From: Candidatus Omnitrophota bacterium
Lineage (GTDB): Bacteria > Omnitrophota > Gorgyraeia > 2-01-FULL-45-10
Assembly: GCA_030695905.1 (NCBI GenBank)
Contig: JAUYOL010000015.1
Span: forward strand, 8,518-72,517
Direction of reading: 5' to 3'
DNA length: 64,000 bases
Shown: in pieces, positions 35,613-45,554 of the stretch
Layout of the letters: every line of letters starts with the position of its first letter
How positions within the stretch are numbered: position 1 is the first letter of the stretch
Made by a program: the position numbers and the translations under genes
Notes under the pieces: model-generated
What the model was told of the DNA's origin: nothing
Database searches by the model: none
What the model saw: only the letters and a program-made list of their open reading frames with translations

Positions 35613-36556
35613 CCTGATACCGCCAGATTAATAAACGCAACTGGTGTTAAAACTTTCCACGCGAATGCCATCAATTGGTCCACCCTTACACGCGGGAATG
35701 TCCACCTGACCCACATCCAGATAAATATGAGAGCGTATGTCTTGATCAGAAACCACGCCACAGGCGGTAATATCGGACCTTGCCAACCTCCGAAGAAGAG
35801 CGTGGTCGCGATTGCCGCTATAATGAAAAGGCTCGTGTATTCCCCCACGAAGAACATGGCGAATTTCATTCCCGAATATTCCGTATGAAATCCCGCGACG
35901 AGCTCCGATTCGGCCTCGGGTATGTCGAAGGGGGCCCTATTTACTTCGGCAGTAGCGGCTATAGTATAGATTACGAAGGCCAATATCATGTCCGGGTGGA
36001 ATATATACCAGCACTTTTCCTGCGCCTCGACTATTTTTTGCATCGAAAACGAATTAGCGTGCATTGCTACGATGACCACCGATAGTATCATCGGGACCTC
36101 ATAGCTTATTATTTGCGCCGCTGACCTCATGCCGCCGAGCAGGGAATATTTATTATTAGAACCCCAGCCCGCCATGAATATCCCGATCACGCATATAGAA
36201 GAGATAGCCATCATGTAAAGGATGCCGACATTTAAATCCTTCGGAATAAGGGTTCTGCCGAATGGTATTGTTACGAAGGCCATGACCGTGGGGACCACGA
36301 CAAAGAACGGCGCCAGCCACCACACCAATTTATCCGCTTCGGCGGGCCTTATATCTTCTTTGAGTAAAAGTTTAACCGCGTCCGCAATCGACTGTAAAAC
36401 GCCGTGCCATCCGACGCGCATAGGCCCGAATCTGGATTGTATATGGGCCGATATTTTTCTTTCCCACCAGATAAGGAACATGGCGGACGCCGCGATGAAG
36501 CCGAGCACCGCGAACCCTGTCGCCAGCATTAGTATAAAGGTAAGCATGGTTAACAT
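35591..36556 (-). CDS. nuoH: NADH-quinone oxidoreductase subunit H.
   Basis: ND1-like: ..WWERKISAHIQSRFGPMRVGWHGVLQSIADAVKLLLKED.., 8 TM. Confidence 0.9.
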   Translation of the reverse strand: MLTMLTFILMLATGFAVLGFIAASAMFLIWWERKISAHIQSRFGPMRVGWHGVLQSIADAVKLLLKEDIRPAEADKLVWWLAPFFVVVPTVMAFVTIPFGRTLIPKDLNVGILYMMAISSICVIGIFMAGWGSNNKYSLLGGMRSAAQIISYEVPMILSVVIVAMHANSFSMQKIVEAQEKCWYIFHPDMILAFVIYTIAATAEVNRAPFDIPEAESELVAGFHTEYSGMKFAMFFVGEYTSLFIIAAIATTLFFGGWQGPILPPVAWFLIKTYALIFIWMWVRWTFPRVRVDQLMAFAWKVLTPVAFINLAVSGWLLLKR

Positions 36557-37677
36557 TATCTGTCTATCTCTCCCATGATGATATCGAGGCTGCCCAAGAC
36601 GCAGACGATGTCAGCTATTTTTAATCCGCTTATTAATTCCGGCAAGACAGCCAGATTGGAAAAGGAAGGGCTCCTTATCTTTAATCTGTATGGATACATA
36701 GATCCATCGCTTACAATGAAAAAACCCAATTCGCCTCGCGGATTTTCCGTCCTCATATATGCTTCGCCCGCGGCCGGTTTATGGATGCGTCCTGCCTTTG
36801 CGGTAGGGTCACCTTCCGGCAGCGCTTCGATGGCCTGTTCGATGATCCTCAAGCTCTGGCGTATCTCCTCTATCCTCACCTTGTATCTATCCCAGGCGTC
36901 GCCGTTTTCTCCTACGGGTATATCAAATTTGAACTTATCATATACAAGATACGGCTCGTCCCGTCTTAAGTCCCATTTTACGCCGGACGCGCGCAGATTA
37001 GGCCCGGTTACGCTGTAATTTATCGCAAGGTCTTTAGGAAGCACACCTATGTGTTTGGATCTGGCGAGAAATATCGTATTGTAGGTAAGGAGCCAATCAT
37101 AGTCATCGACTTTTGACCGCATATATTTGATGAATTTCTTTATATCTTCATCTATGCCTTTAGGAAGATCGAACTGAACCCCGCCTACGCGCGTATAGTT
37201 ATAGGTAAGGCGGTTTCCGCATATCTTGTCAAATATATCTACTATCTTTTCGCGCTCACGGAAACAATAGAATAAGGGGGTCGCGAAAGCTCCCAGGTCC
37301 TGGGCAAAAGTGCCGACCGCGAGCAGATGGCTTGCGATCCTGTTGAGTTCGGCTATAATGACACGTATATATTTTGCGCGCTGTGGGATCTCCAATTTCA
37401 TCAGTTTTTCAACGGCCATTACATAGGCAAGGTTATTATTCATGGATGCGACATAGTCAAGCCTGTCTGTAAATGGGATGAACTGCGTATAGGTGCGGTT
37501 TTCGGCTATTTTTTCCATGGAGCGGTGCAGATAACCGATGTGAGTGGTGCAGCCTTTGATCATCTCCCCGTCCAGTTTCAATTCAAGCGAAAGGACGCCG
37601 TGCGTGGAGGGATGCTGGGGTCCCATATTGATAAGGAACTCCTCGGTGCATATATCTTTTGTCTGTATCGTATCCAT
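36556..37677 (-). CDS. nuoD: NADH-quinone oxidoreductase subunit D (49 kDa).
   Basis: MGPQHPSTHGVL..., RLDYVASMNN, and a C-terminal ..VLGSLDIIMGEIDR. It is not fused to NuoC here. Confidence 0.9.
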   Translation of the reverse strand: MDTIQTKDICTEEFLINMGPQHPSTHGVLSLELKLDGEMIKGCTTHIGYLHRSMEKIAENRTYTQFIPFTDRLDYVASMNNNLAYVMAVEKLMKLEIPQRAKYIRVIIAELNRIASHLLAVGTFAQDLGAFATPLFYCFREREKIVDIFDKICGNRLTYNYTRVGGVQFDLPKGIDEDIKKFIKYMRSKVDDYDWLLTYNTIFLARSKHIGVLPKDLAINYSVTGPNLRASGVKWDLRRDEPYLVYDKFKFDIPVGENGDAWDRYKVRIEEIRQSLRIIEQAIEALPEGDPTAKAGRIHKPAAGEAYMRTENPRGELGFFIVSDGSMYPYRLKIRSPSFSNLAVLPELISGLKIADIVCVLGSLDIIMGEIDR

Positions 37678-37685
37678 AGGCTTAA

Positions 37686-38138
37686 TTATAATCTTGGCTT
37701 TGCGATGAATTCCGGATTGGAATAATTTTTTCGCAGAGGATATTCTTTCCAGTCATAGGGATTAAGTATCCGGCGAAGGTCCGGGTGGTTTAAAAAATTG
37801 ACTCCGAACAGGTCGTATACCTCGCGCTCCAGCCAGTTGGCCGATTTCCAGATCCCTGTTAAGCTGCCAACATGCAGATCATCATAAGTTAAATATATTT
37901 TAAGACTTATAGCATGATGCTCGCGGATGGAATAGAGGGTATAATTTAACTCTATCTTTTCTTTTGTGTCTATCGCGGTTATGCAATGAAGATTATCAAA
38001 GGCAAGCTTGCCGCTTTTTAAATATTGCGCCACATCCAAAAGCGATTCTTTGGATATAACGATAGAACCGCTTACCGGCCCTTCTAAAGCGTCCGGAAAT
38101 TTATTTATAATAGCTGCGGATATTTCACTTGAGAGCAT
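37686..38138 (-). CDS. nuoC: NADH-quinone oxidoreductase subunit C (30 kDa).
   Basis: 150 aa, ..[16 protein letters not shown](V)[16 protein letters not shown]. Confidence 0.85.
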   Translation of the reverse strand: MLSSEISAAIINKFPDALEGPVSGSIVISKESLLDVAQYLKSGKLAFDNLHCITAIDTKEKIELNYTLYSIREHHAISLKIYLTYDDLHVGSLTGIWKSANWLEREVYDLFGVNFLNHPDLRRILNPYDWKEYPLRKNYSNPEFIAKPRL

Positions 38139-38640
38139 CTTTCTCTTTCCTTATTTTTTCCTGTAGTTTCATTATCCCGAAGAGCAGATTTTCAGGGCGG
38201 GGAGGGCAGCCGGGTATATATACATCTACCGGTATACCGAGGGCATCCGTGCCCTTCGTAACAGAATAGGTGTCATAGTAGAATATGCCTCCCGATATGG
38301 CGCAATTTCCCATGGCAATAACATATTTAGGTTCAGGCATCTGCGCGTAGAGACGCTTGATACAATCGTTCATCTTGACGCATATTGTACCTGCTACTAC
38401 CATGACATCGCACTGCCTTGGGCTCGCGCGGAATACTCCCGCGCCGAACCTGTCTATATCGAAACGTGAAGCGCCTGTAGCTATCATCTCTATGGCGCAG
38501 CAGGCCAGCCCGAACGTCATCGGCCACAAGGAAGAGGCCTTGCCCCACTTTAAAAGACTCTCGCTCGTTGTGAGAAATAATCCGCCTCCGGGCATCTTAT
38601 TTATCAGTTTTGCTGCCGGTATTTTTTCGATTACTGCCAT
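38125..38640 (-). CDS. nuoB: NADH-quinone oxidoreductase subunit B (N2 cluster).
   Basis: [17 protein letters not shown] and GCPPRP, the Cys ligands of cluster N2. Confidence 0.9.
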   Translation of the reverse strand: MAVIEKIPAAKLINKMPGGGLFLTTSESLLKWGKASSLWPMTFGLACCAIEMIATGASRFDIDRFGAGVFRASPRQCDVMVVAGTICVKMNDCIKRLYAQMPEPKYVIAMGNCAISGGIFYYDTYSVTKGTDALGIPVDVYIPGCPPRPENLLFGIMKLQEKIRKEKDALK

Positions 38641-38990
38641 TCGAAAACTCCTTTTTTCCAGGCGTATATCAATCCGAATACAAGTATAGCTATAAATATC
38701 ATCATTTCAATGTATGAAACTATCCCGAGGTCCCGGAATACGGTAGCCCAGGGGACTAAAAACAAGACCTCTATGTCGAATATTACGAATAAGAGGGCGA
38801 CAAGATAGTAACTGACGTTAAATTGCACCCTCGCGCACCCTTTTAATACCTCGCCGCATTCGTAGGTAGCGTTTTTTTCGGGGCTCGGCGCCCGCGGACG
38901 GAGCAGCCATGACACAATAAACGCGCCCGCCACGAATACGATCCCTAAAATGAAAAAAAGGCCTACAATGCCGTAATTTCCGATAATCAT
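38631..38990 (-). CDS. nuoA: NADH-quinone oxidoreductase subunit A.
   Basis: 119 aa, 3 TM, ..YECGE.. motif, and the first gene of the minus-strand operon. Confidence 0.85.
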   Translation of the reverse strand: MIIGNYGIVGLFFILGIVFVAGAFIVSWLLRPRAPSPEKNATYECGEVLKGCARVQFNVSYYLVALLFVIFDIEVLFLVPWATVFRDLGIVSYIEMMIFIAILVFGLIYAWKKGVFEWQ

Positions 38991-39051
38991 ATTTAAATAT
39001 TATATCCATTATCGTTTTATATGCAAGTATTAAAATTAGCCACCATTTTTA

Positions 39052-39080
39052 TTGCGAAATTGGTTTGAGTGTAATATAAT
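39052..39080 (+). promoter_or_regulatory. Sigma70-like promoter: TTGCGA, a 17-bp spacer, then TATAAT.
   Basis: The -10 is at 39075-39080. It implies the CDS starts at the ATG at 39097, not at 39052. Confidence 0.35.
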
Positions 39081-39096
39081 CTATAGCCTATTTAAT

Positions 39097-40593
39097 ATGG
39101 CTACCACGTGGGATAATAAAGACCTTTTCTGTAGTGATCTCCCTACTAAATTCCAGCCCGGCATAGGCAGGATTTTAGTAACAGGCGCTTCCGGATATAT
39201 AGGTGGAAGGCTGGTTCCGGAACTTCTGGGAAGAGGGTATAAGGTTCGCGCCATGGTGCGCAGCGCGCCGGATACTTACAGGACGCTTTGGCCACATGCG
39301 GAAGTGGCGGTAGCAGATGTGCAGAATATCGATAGTTTAAGAGCGGCGCTTGATAACATAGATACGGCTTATTACCTGATTCATTCGCTGCGCCTTGGTC
39401 CTAAGAGATTCGCGCAGGCCGATATAAATGCGGCCAGGAATTTCAGTAAAGTAGCCGAAGAGAAACACGTCAGCAGGATTATCTACCTCGGCGGCCTTGG
39501 CGATGTCCGTAGCTCCCTATCGTCTCATTTACGCAGCCGAGCCGAAGTAGCCAGAGAAATCAGGCGCAGGAAGACTCCGGTAACGGTTCTCCGGGCGGCG
39601 ATAATTGTCGGAAGCGGAAGCGCCTCATATGAGATCATTCAGCATCTGGTAAGGGAGCTTCCGATAATTTTTATTCCGCGCTGGGCAAAAAACAGATGCC
39701 AGCCGATAGCCGTACGAGATATTATAAAGTATCTTGTGGGTGTATTAGAGACTCCGGAAACGTCCGGCCAGTCTTTTGATATAGGCGGCAAGGATGTTCT
39801 GACATACGAAATGATGCTCAAGACACTGGCAGAGATACGCCGCAAAAAGATCTTTTTTATACCCGTACCGTTTTCCAGTATCCGATTTTATGCCTATGGC
39901 GCGAGTCTTCTAACGCCGGTTCCGGAAGCGATTACTTCGTGCCTGATGGAGGGGTTAAAGAACGAAGTTATCTGCCAGGATAATAGCATAAGAGGGCTTA
40001 TACCGTTTGAGCCGCTTTCGTATAAAGAGGCGATAATAAGGGCCATGTCCCGGGAAGAGCAAGATAAGGTATATACGAGATGGTCCGATGCCTCTACGCC
40101 GGCCTACGAATTGGCATTGAAACTCGACGAACTTAAGGGCATGCCTACCTACACTGCCAGCGACTCGATCACGACAGCAAAAGACGCCTCCCGGTTATTC
40201 GGGTCTATATGCAGGATAGGAGGAAAAGAAGGGTGGTTTCACAGTAACTGGTTGTGGCGCTTAAGGGGAGGCATAGACCGCGTTTTGCTTGGAGTAGGTT
40301 CTGCCCGCGGGAGGAGATCCGATTCGAGCCTAAAGATCAACGATGTAATAGACTTTTGGCGCATAGAAGACTTGCAGGAAAATAGACGGCTTCTGCTGCG
40401 CGCCGAGATGCGCCTGCCGGGGAAAGCATGGTTAGAGTTCAACATTAAAGAAGATGGTCCAGATAGGGTGTTGAATGTCACAGCGTACTACGACACACAT
40501 AGCCTTTTTGGCAGGATATACTGGTACATGTGCCTGCCTTTGCACCATTTTATTTTTCATAATTTGATCAAAGAAATAGAGAAAAGGAGTTAG
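39097..40593 (+). CDS. NAD(P)-binding atypical SDR (NmrA-like) with a C-terminal DUF2867-like domain.
   Basis: VTGASGYIGGRLVPELLGRGYKVRAMVR Rossmann fold and a long C-terminal extension. The start is chosen downstream of the predicted promoter. Confidence 0.55.
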   Translation: MATTWDNKDLFCSDLPTKFQPGIGRILVTGASGYIGGRLVPELLGRGYKVRAMVRSAPDTYRTLWPHAEVAVADVQNIDSLRAALDNIDTAYYLIHSLRLGPKRFAQADINAARNFSKVAEEKHVSRIIYLGGLGDVRSSLSSHLRSRAEVAREIRRRKTPVTVLRAAIIVGSGSASYEIIQHLVRELPIIFIPRWAKNRCQPIAVRDIIKYLVGVLETPETSGQSFDIGGKDVLTYEMMLKTLAEIRRKKIFFIPVPFSSIRFYAYGASLLTPVPEAITSCLMEGLKNEVICQDNSIRGLIPFEPLSYKEAIIRAMSREEQDKVYTRWSDASTPAYELALKLDELKGMPTYTASDSITTAKDASRLFGSICRIGGKEGWFHSNWLWRLRGGIDRVLLGVGSARGRRSDSSLKINDVIDFWRIEDLQENRRLLLRAEMRLPGKAWLEFNIKEDGPDRVLNVTAYYDTHSLFGRIYWYMCLPLHHFIFHNLIKEIEKRS

Positions 40594-40595
40594 AT

Positions 40596-41519
40596 GTGAA
40601 TTTTAAGATCTGGTTAAAAGCTGTACGAATACCGTTTTTTACAGCGACAGTAATACCCGTGCTTTTCGGATATTTATTGGCATGGCGTGACGGGCATAGT
40701 TTTATATGGCACCGTTTTCTTCTCACGCTTTTCGGTGCAATATTCATTCATGCCGGTACTAATCTGGCAAATGATTATTTTGACTATCTTGCGGGTTGTG
40801 ACGAAGCCAACCCTACGCCAACGCCGTTCAGCGGAGGGAGCAGAGTGATCCAAAATGGTCAAATCATGCCTAAGAAAATATTATACGCTTCTTTGCTATT
40901 TTTCATCCTGGGTTCCGGAATAGGCCTTTACCTTAATTATATATGCGGCGGGAATGTCATCCTTGTTTTAGGCGCAATAGGTGTTTTCTTTGGATTCTTT
41001 TACAGCGCCCGTCCGTTCAAGATAGGGTATGGCGGTTTCGGCGAACTCGCCACAGGCATAGGATTCGGGCCGCTTATGGTAATGGGCGCGTATTATGTGG
41101 GAGCGCAGCAGTTAACCTTCAGGATATTTTTTGCCTCCATGCCGATCGGTATCCTGATCGCCCTGGTGTTATTTATAAACGAATTTCCTGATTATATAGG
41201 GGATAAGGCGGTAGGAAAACGTACGTGGGTCGTGATTTTAGGCAAAAAGAACGCGATTTTTATTTATTATATACTGCTTGCGGCAGTATATGTTATAATA
41301 ACAGCCTTAGCGTTGGCTAAATCTTTACCGTACACCTGCCTTATAGCGGTCCTTAGCTTACCGGTAGCATTCAAGGCGTTCACGGTATCCAGAAATAATT
41401 ATGAAAAGATTCATGAGTTATTGCCGGTTAATGCGGCTACGATAGGGCTGCATTCAATGATAGGCATACTGCTATGTGCCGGGATAGCGATAGATAAGAT
41501 TTTTGTACCCTGGAGATAA
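40596..41519 (+). CDS. UbiA-family aromatic prenyltransferase (MenA-like 1,4-dihydroxy-2-naphthoate polyprenyltransferase).
   Basis: NDYFDYLAG.D (Asp-rich motif 1), 8-9 TM, and a second Asp-rich region at ..NEFPDYIGD... Confidence 0.75.
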   Translation: MNFKIWLKAVRIPFFTATVIPVLFGYLLAWRDGHSFIWHRFLLTLFGAIFIHAGTNLANDYFDYLAGCDEANPTPTPFSGGSRVIQNGQIMPKKILYASLLFFILGSGIGLYLNYICGGNVILVLGAIGVFFGFFYSARPFKIGYGGFGELATGIGFGPLMVMGAYYVGAQQLTFRIFFASMPIGILIALVLFINEFPDYIGDKAVGKRTWVVILGKKNAIFIYYILLAAVYVIITALALAKSLPYTCLIAVLSLPVAFKAFTVSRNNYEKIHELLPVNAATIGLHSMIGILLCAGIAIDKIFVPWR

Positions 41520-41522
41520 AAT

Positions 41523-42506
41523 ATGCAGTTAAAAGAAATTTATAGCCCCATCAGGAATGAGTTGACCGAGATCGAGCGGCTGATCAGGTTTAACATCGAA
41601 AACAGCCCGACCGCGTCGATAGTGAAGATAGGAGGATATCTTCTGCGCTCGGGAGGCAAAAGGCTCCGGCCGGCCCTGGTGACTTTATCCGCAAGGGCCA
41701 CTTTGGAAGGCGATGTTTCGGCGTCTTCAAAACAGGTGCTAAATATAGCTTCAGCGGTTGAATTAATACATCTGGCGTCGTTGTTACATGACGACGTGAT
41801 AGATCATTCAAAGATACGCCATAATAAGCCTACGGTTAATGCCAAATGGGGCGAGGATGTGGCAATTGTCCTGGGCGACTATCTCTATTCAATAGGCTTT
41901 GACCTGATATCGTCCTGCAGAAACCCGGATGTCCTTGACTGTATAAGCCGGTCTACTCGCATGATGTGCGAGGGTGAGCTTACGCAGGTTTGCGAAAGGG
42001 ACAATCTCGACATATTGAAAGAACGGTACATAACTATAGTGAAGAATAAAACAGCCAATCTGTTCGCGGCATGTTGTCAGGCCGGCGTACTGGCTGTCGG
42101 CAGACACACCGCGCTGGGTATGCTAAAAGAATATGGGCTGAATTTCGGGATAGCGTTCCAGATCGTAGATGATTCGCTCGACCTGATCGGTGAAATAAAG
42201 GATCTGGGGAAAGTCCCGGGCGCTGATTTTAAGATGGGCGAGTTGACCATGCCTATATTGAACCTGCTTTCTGAAACCGAAGATAAAAGATTGGTCCGTA
42301 AACTCATTGCGCAGAAAGACAGCAAAAGGGCATTCAAAGATATAAGGAAGATGTTTATCAATTCCGGCGCGCTTACAAAGACGATAGACGATGTCCATCT
42401 CTACGCCGAAAAGGCGAAGAAGAGCCTGCGCGGATTAGCGGATTCTTCGTTCAAGCACAGCCTGTGCGCCCTGGCCGATTTTGCTGTTGATAGGATAAAG
42501 GCATGA
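41523..42506 (+). CDS. Long-chain trans-polyprenyl diphosphate synthase (hepta/octaprenyl).
   Basis: LLHDDVIDHS (FARM DDxxD) and IVDDSLDL (SARM), 327 aa. Confidence 0.85.
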   Translation: MQLKEIYSPIRNELTEIERLIRFNIENSPTASIVKIGGYLLRSGGKRLRPALVTLSARATLEGDVSASSKQVLNIASAVELIHLASLLHDDVIDHSKIRHNKPTVNAKWGEDVAIVLGDYLYSIGFDLISSCRNPDVLDCISRSTRMMCEGELTQVCERDNLDILKERYITIVKNKTANLFAACCQAGVLAVGRHTALGMLKEYGLNFGIAFQIVDDSLDLIGEIKDLGKVPGADFKMGELTMPILNLLSETEDKRLVRKLIAQKDSKRAFKDIRKMFINSGALTKTIDDVHLYAEKAKKSLRGLADSSFKHSLCALADFAVDRIKA

Positions 42507-42510
42507 TAAG

Positions 42511-43155
42511 ATGGCCAAATATTATCCCATAAATCTGTGCCTGAAAAATAAAAAATGTCTGGTAATAGGCGCCGGCGTAGTAGCCGAGCGCAAGATAAGA
42601 CGGCTCCTGGGAAGCGGAGCTCTTGTTTCGGTAGTAAGTCCCGTTAGCACCCCCGCTTTAAAGGCTTTATGGAAAAAGAAAAAGATCGTATTTAAAAATA
42701 GGAAATTCGACTTAAGGGATCTATCTGGAGCATACATGGTAATTGCCGCCACAACCGATAGATCAGTAAACTCTGCCGCATCCTCCTATTGCCTCAAAAA
42801 TAATATTTTAGTCAATGTTGTAGATTCCCCTGAAGAATGCAGTTTTATTCTGCCTTCTGTAATAAGAAGAGGGGCCTTGACTATAAGCATATCTACGGAC
42901 GGTGTAAGCCCGGCATTGTCAAAGAAGATCCGCCAGGATCTTGATAAAGTGTTTGGCCCTGAATACGCCGACTATCTACGTATAATGAAAGATCTCCGGC
43001 CCAAGGTGCGGGAAAAAATAAAAAATATGAAATCCAGAAAATGTTTTTTTAAAGAAACGCTTAAAGGGCAAATATTCGATCTTCTCAGGCAGAAGAAGGT
43101 GCGGCAGGTCAAAATAAAGCTGGAGCGTATTTTAAAAAATGCAAAGGTATCTTAA
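42511..43155 (+). CDS. sirC: Precorrin-2 dehydrogenase / sirohydrochlorin ferrochelatase (SirC / CysG N-domain-like).
   Basis: CLVIGAGVVAERKIRRLL NAD-binding fold; the length (214 aa) and context (next to hemA and cobA) fit. Confidence 0.7.
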   Translation: MAKYYPINLCLKNKKCLVIGAGVVAERKIRRLLGSGALVSVVSPVSTPALKALWKKKKIVFKNRKFDLRDLSGAYMVIAATTDRSVNSAASSYCLKNNILVNVVDSPEECSFILPSVIRRGALTISISTDGVSPALSKKIRQDLDKVFGPEYADYLRIMKDLRPKVREKIKNMKSRKCFFKETLKGQIFDLLRQKKVRQVKIKLERILKNAKVS

Positions 43156-43567
43156 TCTTCATATAGCGGCCGCTTATATTAGTTACATCATATTTTTTGT
43201 GGCTTCGGTAGCCGCGGTATTATATATCATACAGGACAACGCCATAAAGAATAAGCGGACAGCCGTTATCTTCAGCCGGCTACCGAGCCTATCTTTTTTA
43301 GACAAGCTTAACTACAGGAGCATAAGTTTAGCGTTTCCCATACTTACGCTCTCGATTTTCTGCGGATTTCTTTGGTCCGAGAATATCCACGGTATCTGCT
43401 GGTGGGGTTATAATTCCCGCCAGTTCTATTCTCTTGTCCTTTGGCTGATCTATGCCCTTATCCTGCATGTAAGATTATCTGCTAAGGTGCGGGGCCGAAA
43501 AGTGGCTCTGCTGTCTATTTTAGCTTTTTTTATAATAATTCTCAGTTTATTCGGTACCTGCCCGTAG
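43139..43567 (+). CDS. HemX-like truncated CcsA-family heme-handling membrane protein.
   Basis: 4 TM. ..HGICWWGYNSRQFYSLVLWLIYALILHVRL parallels the WWD/His region of the CcsA encoded at 56269 ([29 protein letters not shown]). It lies directly upstream of hemA, as in the Bacillus hemAX arrangement. Confidence 0.5.
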   Translation: MQRYLNLHIAAAYISYIIFFVASVAAVLYIIQDNAIKNKRTAVIFSRLPSLSFLDKLNYRSISLAFPILTLSIFCGFLWSENIHGICWWGYNSRQFYSLVLWLIYALILHVRLSAKVRGRKVALLSILAFFIIILSLFGTCP

Positions 43568-43582
43568 TTCGGAGAAATATAT

Positions 43583-44629
43583 ATGGATTTAGTGGTTATT
43601 GGCATAAATCATAAAACCGCCCCTGTTGAGATAAGGGAGAAATTTTCTTTCTCTGCCAGGAATATTACCGAGGCGAATCGTTTGCTTAAGGAAAGTGCTA
43701 TTTTGGAAGAGAGCCTTATCTTGTCTACGTGCAACCGCATGGAGATATACGCTCTTGCGCTCCGGGATAAAGACTATGTGGGTTGCATAAAGAGCTTTCT
43801 GGGCCGGATCCATAATATTGATGTATCGGATTATGAGGATAGAATTTATATTTATAAAGGTAAAAAAGCGGTAGAGCATTTATTCGGAGTTACCGCGGGC
43901 CTTGATTCTATGGTTATCGGGGAGATGGAGATATCAGGCCAGGTTAAGAATGCCTATAAGGATGCCAGAGAAGGAAAAACTACAGGCAAGATATTGAACA
44001 GATTGTTTGAAAAAGCCCTTAATACCGCAAAGAAGATAAGAACTGAAACATCTATCGGGCGGGGGGCTGTTTCCGTGAGTTCAGCTGCGGCTATGCTTGC
44101 GAAAAAAATATTGGGTGACCTGAAGGATAAAACGGCGATGATTGTAGGTGCCGGCGCCGTCGGTGAACAACTGATCGTGTATTTGAAAAAAAACGGCATA
44201 GGTTCTATCCTGGTCGCGAACCGTACTTTGGAAAAGGCGCAAAGTCTCGCCCAAAAGTTCGACGCCACTGCTGTCGCATTCAATGATTTCAGCGAGAGAT
44301 TGATCGATGTGGAGATAGTGGTCGCTTCCACCGGCGCCCCGCATTGTATCATACGCAAAGACGATATAGCGGCTCTGATGCCGAAAAGAAAACAGAGGCC
44401 GCTTTTCATCATCGACCTTGCGGTTCCGCGTGATGTGGAGTCCCAGGTTAACACCATAGACAATTCGTACCTTTATGATATAGACGATCTGCAACGGATA
44501 GTTGATGATAATATAAGCTTAAGGAAAAATGAGCTGGATAACTGTTCCAGGGTCATCGGCAATGCGGCAGATGTCTTCATAGGGTGGATGGCGAGGGAGA
44601 ACATAAGGCATGAGTATAGCGGAAAATAA
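43583..44629 (+). CDS. hemA: Glutamyl-tRNA reductase.
   Basis: ..ESLILSTCNRMEIYA.. (active-site Cys); NADPH domain IVGAGAVGEQ. Confidence 0.85.
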   Translation: MDLVVIGINHKTAPVEIREKFSFSARNITEANRLLKESAILEESLILSTCNRMEIYALALRDKDYVGCIKSFLGRIHNIDVSDYEDRIYIYKGKKAVEHLFGVTAGLDSMVIGEMEISGQVKNAYKDAREGKTTGKILNRLFEKALNTAKKIRTETSIGRGAVSVSSAAAMLAKKILGDLKDKTAMIVGAGAVGEQLIVYLKKNGIGSILVANRTLEKAQSLAQKFDATAVAFNDFSERLIDVEIVVASTGAPHCIIRKDDIAALMPKRKQRPLFIIDLAVPRDVESQVNTIDNSYLYDIDDLQRIVDDNISLRKNELDNCSRVIGNAADVFIGWMARENIRHEYSGK

Positions 44630-45554
44630 ACGTTTTATTATAGGATCGCGATCGAGCAAACTAGCCCTGACGCAGACCAGATACGTCATGGATAAACTGA
44701 AAAAATTTCACCCCTCGCCTAATTTTGAGATAAAGACCATAAAGACGGCGGGGGATAAGATACCGGATGTGGCTTTAAGTAAGATCGCCGACAAGGGGTT
44801 TTTCACTAAAGAGATCGAGGAAGCGTTATTGAGGCGCGAGATCGACCTTGCTGTGCACAGCATGAAAGATTTGCCGACGGAATTGTCGCCACACCTAAAG
44901 ATTGCCGCGGTCACAAAAAGGGAAGATCCGCGCGATGTGCTGGTTTCAAGGGAAGGATTTACTTTAAAGACACTGCCTCAAGGTTCCAGGGTGGGGACTA
45001 GTAGTCTGCGTCGTAGCGCTCAACTGCTATATATAAGAAAAGACCTGAAGATTATGGATCTGCGCGGGAATCTGGATACGCGGATAAATAAATTAGATCG
45101 CGGCATATATGACGCGATAATACTTGCCTATGCCGGCATAAAACGGCTGGGGCTTACGGTAAAGCTCTCGGCTATATCTACGCAAGAGATGTTGCCGCAG
45201 GCAGGCCAGGGCGCATTGGCCATCGAGGCGCATGAGGATAATCACGAAGTCATTAATATGGCCAAGGCGTTAGACGATGCAGATTACCATTTGGCCATCG
45301 ACGCGGAGAGGGCTGTACTCTCAGGCCTGGGAGGCGGTTGCCAGGTGCCGATAGGAGTATATGCCGCAGTAGAAGGTGATATCCTACATGTAACAGCGGG
45401 CGTATTTTCACTTGATGGTAAAATGGCCGTAAGGGATGAAATTTCGGGAAAGAAAATCAATGCTCAGGCCTTAGGCCGGCAATTAGCCGAAAGAGTCCTG
45501 GAGAAAAATGGCGCACAGCAGATTCTTCGGGATTTCAGTAAAGGTATGAGGTGA
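44610..45554 (+). CDS. hemC: Hydroxymethylbilane synthase (porphobilinogen deaminase).
   Basis: IGSRSSKLALTQT..., and a cofactor-binding Cys region GGGCQVPIG. Confidence 0.9.
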   Translation: MSIAENKRFIIGSRSSKLALTQTRYVMDKLKKFHPSPNFEIKTIKTAGDKIPDVALSKIADKGFFTKEIEEALLRREIDLAVHSMKDLPTELSPHLKIAAVTKREDPRDVLVSREGFTLKTLPQGSRVGTSSLRRSAQLLYIRKDLKIMDLRGNLDTRINKLDRGIYDAIILAYAGIKRLGLTVKLSAISTQEMLPQAGQGALAIEAHEDNHEVINMAKALDDADYHLAIDAERAVLSGLGGGCQVPIGVYAAVEGDILHVTAGVFSLDGKMAVRDEISGKKINAQALGRQLAERVLEKNGAQQILRDFSKGMR

